This document shows, piece after piece, positions 1 through 7,300 of a DNA stretch of 11,319 nt. A program made the translations under genes and the position numbers. Position 1 is the first letter of the stretch; the number at the start of each line of letters is the position of its first letter. The notes under the pieces are model-generated. The model ran no database searches, was not told where the DNA came from, and saw only the letters and a list, made by a program, of their open reading frames with translations. This DNA is from Promethearchaeota archaeon (lineage in GTDB: Archaea > Asgardarchaeota > Hermodarchaeia > Hermodarchaeales > Hermodarchaeaceae), in contig JBHLPR010000072.1 in the NCBI GenBank assembly GCA_048939245.1, positions 1 through 11,319 on the forward strand. Direction: 5' to 3'.

Positions 1-2
1 AT

Positions 3-854
3 TCCTTAGAAAAGGCCGTTAAGGAAACTGAAATTGTATTTCATCTAGCGGCCCTTTTTGATTTCTATCCAAAAGATATCGATCTTCTCTACCAAGTAAA
101 TGTGGAAGGAACACGCAATCTGATCAAGGCTTGTGAAAAGACCGTTGTGAAGCGTTTCATCTATTGCTCCACTAGCGAAACAACAGGGGTTGTGGATAGT
201 CCACCAGCAACAGAGGAAACTGAGCTTAATCCGATGTATGAATACGGTAAGAGTAAGATTTTGGCTGAAAATGAAGTAAGAGAAGGCGCTAAAGCTGCTG
301 GATTTGATTACATCATCCTTCGGCCTGTGGGCATCACGGGGCCAGGAGAGTTTTACTTAGGTTTTGAAACCTATGAGGCGGTAGCGAACAAACGAATCTC
401 GATGATTCCTGGGGATGGTCAAAAACATATCATGTTCATGCATGTTGATGATTTGGTTGAGGGATTCCTTTCTGCATTGAAAACAAAGAAAGGAGTAAAT
501 GATACCTTTCTTCTTTGTACTGATGATGTCTTCACTTATGAGGAACTTTTTCAGTTCGTTGCTGAGTATTTAGGAGTAGACCCACCTAAGAGAAAGGTTC
601 CGGTTATTTTAGGCAAAATTGGTGTCGGTTTGATTGGTTTCTTCAAGCATCGAGAAAAACGGACATATCTGTGGCATGCGAAAACGGTGGATGCTATGAA
701 CCAGGACCGTTGGTATTCGAATGAGAAAGCAAAGCGTGTTTTGGGTTGGAAGCCGAGTATGACAATGGCAGAAGCCTTTCGAAGAACCATGGATTGGTAT
801 ATTTCTGAAGGATATCTTTCAAGACCAGCAACTGATGAGGAAAAGCAGTTATAA
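3..854 (+). CDS. NAD-dependent epimerase/dehydratase (extended SDR family), 5'-truncated by the window edge
   Basis: The frame is open from position 3 (SLEKAVKETEIVFHLAALFDFYPKDIDLLYQVNVEGTRNLI...), so the track's GTG at 102 is internal. Extended-SDR motifs: VFHLAA, NVEGTRN, YCSTS (catalytic Ser region), YGKSK (YxxxK), ILRP, HVDD, LGWKP. The GxxGxxG motif would lie upstream of the window. Confidence 0.9.
   Translation, partial: SLEKAVKETEIVFHLAALFDFYPKDIDLLYQVNVEGTRNLIKACEKTVVKRFIYCSTSETTGVVDSPPATEETELNPMYEYGKSKILAENEVREGAKAAGFDYIILRPVGITGPGEFYLGFETYEAVANKRISMIPGDGQKHIMFMHVDDLVEGFLSALKTKKGVNDTFLLCTDDVFTYEELFQFVAEYLGVDPPKRKVPVILGKIGVGLIGFFKHREKRTYLWHAKTVDAMNQDRWYSNEKAKRVLGWKPSMTMAEAFRRTMDWYISEGYLSRPATDEEKQL
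839..854 (+). promoter_or_regulatory. Probable archaeal BRE/TATA promoter of the tRNA-Pro gene
   Basis: A purine-rich GGAAAAGCAG (839-848) is followed by TTATAA (849-854), 30-35 nt upstream of the mature tRNA 5' end at 884. The TATA box contains the TAA stop of the epimerase. Confidence 0.6.
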
Positions 855-900
855 GGGCAAATTGATTTATGAGTCAAGTTCATGGGCCGGTGGTCTAGAT

Positions 901-928
901 TCCGACCGGCAACTGCCTTTGGCTAGAT
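901..928 (+). other. tRNA intron 1 (28 nt), D-loop, position 17/17a
   Basis: Central helix CTAG (895-898)/CTAG (923-926), two ATT bulges (899-901 and 927-929), and intron stem CCGA/TTGG plus GGC/GCC. The outer helix is weak (T-G wobble), so this is a relaxed BHB/BHL. Cleavage is placed after the second bulge nucleotide by the standard EndA rule. Confidence 0.85.
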
Positions 929-951
929 TGGTATGATGCCTGCCTGGGGCG

Positions 952-981
952 TGATTACTACATGGTGTAGTAATCCCCTTT
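952..981 (+). other. tRNA intron 2 (30 nt), anticodon stem, position 39/40
   Basis: Strict BHB: outer helix GCCT (942-945)/AGGT (983-986), central helix GGGG (946-949)/CCCT (976-979), bulges CGT (950-952) and TTC (980-982), and a perfect 10-bp intron stem GATTACTACA/TGTAGTAATC. Removal restores a perfect CCTGC/GCAGG stem. Confidence 0.9.
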
Positions 982-1031
982 CAGGTGATCCCGCGTTCAA
1001 ATCGCGGCCGGCCCACCATCATCCCACTATT

Positions 1032-2096
1032 TTATTTATTGAATTTCCACCAAGGTTTTAGAAGATTTTTAGTTTCATTGAGAAGCGTGTTTATGTATTT
1101 GGAGATACGAGAATCCTCATCAGGCCCTTTTTCCTGGATTGGTTCTCCCTGACCACTCATTGCAACCAATGTATTGAATATTGACTCTTCCAAAGCCTGC
1201 AAGTCATATCCACCTTCAAGAAACATGATTACTTTTCCGTCACAATATTTTTTCGCCACCTTCGTGATTAATTGTGCAGCTTTAAGATATGCAGTCGCAC
1301 TGAATTGAAGACCAGTGAGGTAGTCACGAAAGTGTGCATCGTATCCTGCAGAGACCAAGATTGCAGTGGGTTGGAATTGTTCAGTTAAAGATGGAAAAAG
1401 TACAGAGAGTCCCTGTAAAAATGATTCACCAGTAGTTCCTGGGGGTAACGGGAGATTCACATTGTAACCTTTACCAGAACCCTCGCCAAGTTCATCTGGA
1501 TAACCTGAATATCCGGGATATAACGTACGCCCGTCTTGGTGAAAGCCTAGATAGAGAACATCAGATTCTGCATAATGGATTTCTTGGGTCCCATTTCCGT
1601 GGTGAGCATCGATATCAAGAATTAATATGCGACTGTCTGGTATGTTTGCAGTGATATAACGGGCGAGAACGGAGATATTGTTGAATAAACAGAAGCCGCG
1701 GGCAGATTGTTCGTTTGCGTGGTGGCCTGGCGGACGTACTAAAGCGAAGGCGTTGTCCAAATTTCCTGTTTGAATCTCTTCCCAAGCATTAATTCCTGCA
1801 CCGGCTGCTAAGATTGCAGCAGTATAGGATCCTTTTGAGGTGCGGGTGTCAGCGTCTAATCGGGCTTCTCGTTCTGATGCATTTTGGATAAGATCAATGT
1901 ATTCTTTCGGATGTACTCTCTCTAAATCGGATAGTTGGATAGCTTGGGGTTTGTTCAACACGATAGAGCCAGTTTTGAATACCTTTTTTTCTTCCAAAAA
2001 GTTCATGACTGCACTCAGGCGTTCAGGTCGTTCAGGGTGGCTGAAGCCCATATCGTGTTCCAGGAAGGCTGGATGATAGAATAAGCCAGTCGGCAA
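1032..2096 (-). CDS. Zn-dependent histone deacetylase / acetylpolyamine amidohydrolase family protein (about 354 aa)
   Basis: Motifs HPERPERL, RPPGHHA, GFCLFNN, DIDAHHGNGTQ, NLPLPPG, SAGYDAH and LEGGY. The start is reassigned from 2216 (which overlaps hel308) to TTG at 2096 (MPTGLFYHP...), 7 nt downstream of an SD-like GAGGT (2104-2108). Confidence 0.92.
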   Translation of the reverse strand: MPTGLFYHPAFLEHDMGFSHPERPERLSAVMNFLEEKKVFKTGSIVLNKPQAIQLSDLERVHPKEYIDLIQNASEREARLDADTRTSKGSYTAAILAAGAGINAWEEIQTGNLDNAFALVRPPGHHANEQSARGFCLFNNISVLARYITANIPDSRILILDIDAHHGNGTQEIHYAESDVLYLGFHQDGRTLYPGYSGYPDELGEGSGKGYNVNLPLPPGTTGESFLQGLSVLFPSLTEQFQPTAILVSAGYDAHFRDYLTGLQFSATAYLKAAQLITKVAKKYCDGKVIMFLEGGYDLQALEESIFNTLVAMSGQGEPIQEKGPDEDSRISKYINTLLNETKNLLKPWWKFNK

Positions 2097-2125
2097 ATTT
2101 GTAACCTCATGAGCAATTGGATGTA

Positions 2126-4354
2126 TTAATCCAATGTTAGTTGGGTTTGTCTGGTACTTTGCCGTCGCGCATCCTTTAATGATTGTTCTTCTTCTGGATT
2201 GATTACGCCACCACATTGTTGCTTGATTGATACAGCGATTTGTGACCCAATAGAAGGAACAGCTGCTAGTTGGCTAACTGGTGCATCACGTATTCGGTTC
2301 TTCGAAATAAATCCAGATCGAAAGAGGAATCGAGCGCGGACTCGACCAATGCCTTGAAGGTCAACTAACTCAGTTAGTTCCCGTCTTACTCCGTATCTCA
2401 CGCGAAGCTCCAGTTCCTCAAGGTCTGGAACTACTGTTTGATACTTGAAGATTGGCGCTAGTTCACGGCACGCATAAATCAACCACTTCTGGGTGTCTAC
2501 TAATCGGAGAAGGTCACCTGACCCAATTTTAAATTGGTTGACAATTTGATCCTCAGGAAGTTCTTCTATCCATGCTTTCACGAGAAGGGCGGTTTTCACT
2601 TCCGCTAAAAAGAATTCATATCGTTCTTTATGGTAGCGAGGATCAGGAACAGGGGTGAGAAATTCGTCGATATGTTCGATGACATAATCGTGAAATCGTT
2701 CATCTTCTCCTCGTCGAAGATAGAGATTTGCCATATCTGGTGTGTGGCAGATGAGGTGTAGGAAGGAAAGATCGGTGGTGTTGTTATATTGCTTCATTGC
2801 CTTGGCAAGACCGTCACGGATTACAACAGCGGATTTGGGATCGATATAGAGCTGAGATACTCGCCTTCCAAAGGGTGTAGCAGATAATCGTGTTCCTCGT
2901 TGTGCTAGGAGATTTTCGTCTTTGAGGAATTTGACAATTAAATCAATCATGTATTCGACTTCATCGGGGTCCCGTTGATGTCCAAAGAAGGTTTGGCCTA
3001 TGAAATCCATGATACCCGCTTTATCTGAGGCATATCTCATGGCAATTGTGGAAAGAACATGGCTACGAAGGGCAGCTTCACTCGCTAACTTTGAAATAAT
3101 ATTCTCAGGCGTCCCAAGAATATAGTAATCTAAGAGAAAATTACGTTCGTCCTCATTACGTGAAATGAGAATAGCTGTTCCAGTGGTATCATATTTTGGT
3201 CGCCCTGCCCGTCCCGCCATTTGTTTGTATTCTAAAACAGGAATTGGTTGATACCCTTCAATTCTATCGAACCGTCTATAATCCCTGATAACAACAACTC
3301 TGGCTGGCAAATTGACGCCACTCGCCAAAGTCGGAGTAGCACATAAAACCTTGATGAGGTTATTGCGAAAGGCTTCTTCTATGAGTTTGCGTTCTGAATA
3401 GCGTAGTCCTGCATGGTGAAAGGCGACGCCGGCCCGGAGAAGTCTGGCAAGGGTGTCGGTAACTTGTGTGACTTCTCCTAGTTGAAGGAGGGTTTCAGCT
3501 AGTTGTGTTAACTGCGTTTGTTCAGTTTTTGTCAATCGTGGAGCAGTGATTGAACTGAGTTTTTGGGCGGTTCTTACTGCTGAGCGTCGAGCATTTAGAA
3601 ATGTAAGAAGTTGTCCTTTCTTTTTCAGGACTTGGCGAGTGATATCTCCGATTGGAAATGAAGTAACGGGTGTGTAGTCCGTCTCGTTACCTTGAGCGAA
3701 AACTACGCGTCCATCCTGATAAACCCCCTCATGCAAAGTAACTGGACGCCACTCGCTTACTACCGCTTCACCTTCAAGCCACTCAGCAATTTCGCCTGCA
3801 TTATCAACAGTGGCACTTAAGGCAAGGATTTGGGCGTTGGGCGTAATTTGGCGTAATCTAGCAAGTACTACTTCGAGTGTGGGACCTCGACTCGGATCGT
3901 TAATGAGATGAACTTCATCTGCTACAATAACCCCGATTTCAGCCATCCATTTTGCGCGATGCCGGAGGAGTGAATCGGCGCGTTCATTTGTACAGATAAG
4001 AAGATCGTAATCTCTGTATTTTTCTTCGATTGTATCGTAATCGCCGGTGGTGATTCCCACGTTCACCCCTAATTTCGAATAAGAACGAAACTCGTCAAAT
4101 TTCTCTGAGGCTAAGGCTCGTAGCGGGCAAAGGTATAGGGCCTTGCTTCCTCGTTCCAAAATTGCTTTCAACATACATAATTCGGCAATGAGCGTTTTTC
4201 CAGAAGCTGTCGGAATGGCCAAAACGATGTTTTTTCCTTCGAGAATTCCAGTTTTAAAAGCAGCCTCTTGAGGAGGATAGAGTGTCGTAATGCCTTTCTC
4301 TTTGAAATAGTTTTTAATGGGTTTTTCGAGGGGTAGGCTGGTTATTCGCTTTAT
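2126..4354 (-). CDS. hel308: Hel308/Hjm Ski2-like SF2 DNA helicase (about 742 aa if started at ATA 4354)
   Basis: Q-motif GITTLYPPQ (upstream of the track's 4222 start, same frame), PTASGKT, PLRALA, DEVH, LSAT, FHHAGL, TPTLASGVNLPA, QMAGRAGRP, ATPFG and the domain-5 GIGRVRAR motif. The family call is secure; the exact start is inferred. Confidence 0.93.
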   Translation of the reverse strand: MKRITSLPLEKPIKNYFKEKGITTLYPPQEAAFKTGILEGKNIVLAIPTASGKTLIAELCMLKAILERGSKALYLCPLRALASEKFDEFRSYSKLGVNVGITTGDYDTIEEKYRDYDLLICTNERADSLLRHRAKWMAEIGVIVADEVHLINDPSRGPTLEVVLARLRQITPNAQILALSATVDNAGEIAEWLEGEAVVSEWRPVTLHEGVYQDGRVVFAQGNETDYTPVTSFPIGDITRQVLKKKGQLLTFLNARRSAVRTAQKLSSITAPRLTKTEQTQLTQLAETLLQLGEVTQVTDTLARLLRAGVAFHHAGLRYSERKLIEEAFRNNLIKVLCATPTLASGVNLPARVVVIRDYRRFDRIEGYQPIPVLEYKQMAGRAGRPKYDTTGTAILISRNEDERNFLLDYYILGTPENIISKLASEAALRSHVLSTIAMRYASDKAGIMDFIGQTFFGHQRDPDEVEYMIDLIVKFLKDENLLAQRGTRLSATPFGRRVSQLYIDPKSAVVIRDGLAKAMKQYNNTTDLSFLHLICHTPDMANLYLRRGEDERFHDYVIEHIDEFLTPVPDPRYHKERYEFFLAEVKTALLVKAWIEELPEDQIVNQFKIGSGDLLRLVDTQKWLIYACRELAPIFKYQTVVPDLEELELRVRYGVRRELTELVDLQGIGRVRARFLFRSGFISKNRIRDAPVSQLAAVPSIGSQIAVSIKQQCGGVINPEEEQSLKDARRQSTRQTQLTLD

Positions 4355-4363
4355 GGCTTGTTC

Positions 4364-4369
4364 CCACCT
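4364..4369 (-). promoter_or_regulatory. Shine-Dalgarno-like AGGTGG upstream of the proposed hel308 start
   Basis: The minus strand reads TAA(mcm stop)-CCAAT-AGGTGG-GAACAAGCC-ATA-AAG-CGA, giving a 9-nt spacer to the in-frame ATA. Confidence 0.6.
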
Positions 4370-4374
4370 ATTGG

Positions 4375-7300
4375 TTAGGCGCCTTTGATATACTTTAGAC
4401 GTCCGGGACGCGGCTCGAAGATTAACCCGTCTTTGTCTCGCAATTGAACCACCGCTTGTCGGACAAAGGCAGCGGAGATTCCGTCAAGTTCAGCCCGTTC
4501 CTCTAACTTTTCCATAGTAACACCGCTGGGGGTTTCTTTTTCGAGTTCACGTATCATTGTGAGAATCGCTTGGAGTTTATCCCGTTGCGATTTGGCCCGT
4601 CCAATCATGATATTGTCGATGTCGTATTGACCGGTTTCACTATCAAATCCTACTTGTTGTAACGAGACTTGGACCAGACGAACTGAGGCTTGGGCGTCTT
4701 CAGCTAACACCTTATCGCGGAGCGCCATTTTAGCATGAGCCTCCGTCAGTCGGATGAGAGACTCTAATTGACGAGCAGTAATTGGCACCGGTGCATTCTC
4801 ACGTTCTCCCGATTTGCGCATACCCAGATAAAAATCTTTGATGACATTGAGCGCCTCATCCGTTAAAGCCGGAGAAATACTTCGCCGAGCATACGCGATG
4901 TACTTACGCAGTAAATCCGCGCGGATAGGTGGATCCTTAGTCTGACCCTTCTTTTTATGCAACGCTATTATATGCTCAGCGGTTCGCTCATCACGCTCCG
5001 CTTCCGGTAAATCAGTCAAGGTGAAGATAAGATCGAACCGCGACAGAAGAGTTACAGGGAGATTCACATTTTCCGCAAAAGAACGTTCAGGCACATAACG
5101 CCCAAGATTCGGATTCGCCGCCGCCAGAATAGCCGTTCGCGCATTCAGCGTCGCCACAATCCCCGCCTTTGCAATCGATACCGTATTATGAAGTAAAAGC
5201 CCCTGACTGATAAAGGTCTTAGTAGGAATAACTGTGATGTCATAGACCCAGTCTGTTTTGGATGCACCTTCGTTCCTGATTTTCTCTACTTCTACTACTC
5301 TTAACCACCTGAACCGCATCAAACGCTTAATTAGGCGGAGCATTTCCTTTACATCATCGAGCTCTTGTAGAACCGATAAGGGATCCCATGACTGAATTTC
5401 TTTGTGACTTTCGGAGATGTCTGCATTACTCTCAGTGAAATGAGCAATAGTCTCTCCCCCTTCGACCACCGGCGATATTGTTGTATGCAAATATTTGTGT
5501 TGTTGTATCAACTTGGGCAAAGCATCAGTACCAGAATTTCTAGCCTCAATTACATCGAGACGATTCTGTATCATTTTCGTAAATCTATTTACGACCTTCC
5601 TTGTTATCGCATACTTTTTTCTTAAAGGGTATTTATAGGAGACTTCAACATATCTTAGACACTCTATCAGTATTTCCCTTACCTCAGCTGGTAGAACATC
5701 GTAGTTCCTATCAAAATTCTTACTTCTTTCAACCAGCCACCTCAGATGTGTATGTGACTGACTTAGCTCCGGAACAACTAGTTCCGCAAAATCAGCAATA
5801 AAAGGTCCTCGAATATACACCTTATACCTTGTCTTTGCATCCTTGCTTTTACGCGTCAGATAATCCTCCGAAACAATCCTTGTGTGAATCCCAAGACTCA
5901 ACAGCAAATCCTGATAATCTCCCGCTAAACCTTCCGAAGAAGTGGAATATGCAACCGACTCTGACTCAACTGCACCATCGCCCTCAAATGCAGCCCTCAA
6001 AAAAGCGAGTTTAATCTCCTTACTGGACCCGAATATTTGGTAGGGAATACGCTTTTCACTTGATATCTTCATTAGCTCCGAAAAATTCCGAACGAGATAA
6101 TTAAACAAAGACTTCGACACAATGCGTAATGTACGATTCTTTATTGTATAATCAAGGGGCTCTATCCCAAAACTATTAGAAATTGTCCGTTTCATACGCT
6201 GAATAACGTCAACGTTAGTGTTGGATAAACCAACCTCGTAAGTGGATCCTTTATAGCAATACCCCTCTGAAACGTAATAACCTAAAAATGTTGCAAGTGC
6301 AACACACATCCTATTGGGTAATTTTACAAATTTTCTTCCTTTGGCGATATCAGTTTCTAAAACATAATCCGCTCTAGGAAAATCTAACTTTCTTGGAGCC
6401 GGTACAAGAGACCCTACTTGGATTTCTTCAGCGGGCACATCCCTTATACCACGATTAGCAAATACAAAGACAGGATGTTCAGGAGTCACTAATATTTCTC
6501 TACCATTAGAATACCGCAGTCTAATGAAATAATCAGGTGCATGATGACGACTAACCCGATTAATCCTTGTCTGAAACACATGATTAAAATCAGTAGTGAA
6601 AAGCTCAACGTCTGATTCATCAATAGGGATAATCTCACAATTTACCCCCTCAACCTTCCTATTAGCCCTAGTCTCAAATAAACCATCAACAAAATCACCA
6701 ATCTTTTGCTTTTCACCTGACGAGAACATAACCTCAAAAGAAGGATGAAAGCTGTGCTGTTCCATGGCCTCGTGGATTGCGGTTCGGTCTTGTGGCCGCA
6801 TCTTATCGAACTCGTCGATACATGCCGTTCCGCGATCAGCTAGAACAAGGGCACCGGCTTCAAGGGCAAATCCTTCAGTGTCGGGATCCCTAAGTACAGC
6901 GGCAGTTAGCCCTGCGGCAGTACTTCCCTTCCCTGAGGTGTAAAGACCTCTTGGGGCGATTTGGGCTACGTATTTGAGGAGTTGGCTGTTGTGGACGACG
7001 AGGTTTCCGTGTGCGAGGACGAAGTGACCATCAGAGGTAGCGATGTCATAGACGGCTGTAGGCTGGGTGATTTTCTCGATGCTTGTAATCGGGTCCCAGA
7101 AGAGATCTGAATAAGCTAACGTGTGCAACCAAGTGAGTGTGGGAGATTGAATGGAGCTTAAGGTTGATAGTTTTGAAACGACGCTTTGCAGATATTTTCG
7201 TCCAATGCGTTGTCGGTGGGTCTTACCTCGTAATTCACCTAGAAACTCACGAGTCCAAGTTCCTCTTCGACTTTTAATTCGAAGCTCTTTGTAAGCATCA

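Larger units (their letters stand above)
884..1018 (+). tRNA. tRNA-Pro(GGG) with two introns (901-928 and 952-981) and encoded CCA
   Basis: Acceptor stem GGGCCGG (884-890)/CCGGCCC (1008-1014), discriminator A1015, CCA 1016-1018. T-arm CCGCG-TTCAAAT-CGCGG (991-1007). After removing both introns, the D-arm is GTCT-AGATTGGTA-TGAT, the anticodon arm is CCTGC-CTGGGGC-GCAGG (anticodon GGG at 946-948) and the variable loop is TGATC. Confidence 0.95.

Noticed and set aside
551-883. 110-aa antisense ORF over the epimerase (also 1840-2076, 9636-9854 and 10538-10735)
   Set aside because: These are antisense shadows of confidently identified genes.
953-975. Perfect inverted repeat read as a terminator, operator or CRISPR repeat
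   Set aside because: It is a single copy, fully explained as the stem of tRNA intron 2.
950-979. Canonical 37/38 placement of the anticodon intron
   Set aside because: It gives a C31-U39 mismatch and no BHB. The 39/40 placement gives a strict BHB and a perfect stem.
990-1031. tRNA 3' end as an integration (att) site
   Set aside because: There is no integrase, no duplicated tRNA fragment and no foreign cargo. Housekeeping genes follow directly.
2097-2216. 40-aa N-terminal extension of the HDAC in the ORF track
   Set aside because: It overlaps the 3' end of hel308 and is not HDAC-like. TTG at 2096 with an SD fits the family N-terminus.
5404-6014. Three short + strand ORFs antisense to intein 2
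   Set aside because: They are short, lie fully inside a well-supported CDS and show no protein-like features.
6754-6756. His in place of the usual Gln (EQH vs EQQ), read as an unusual intein first residue
   Set aside because: Alignment to EQQ-TVSIAK makes His the -1 extein residue. The intein starts at the following Ser, a normal class 1 nucleophile.
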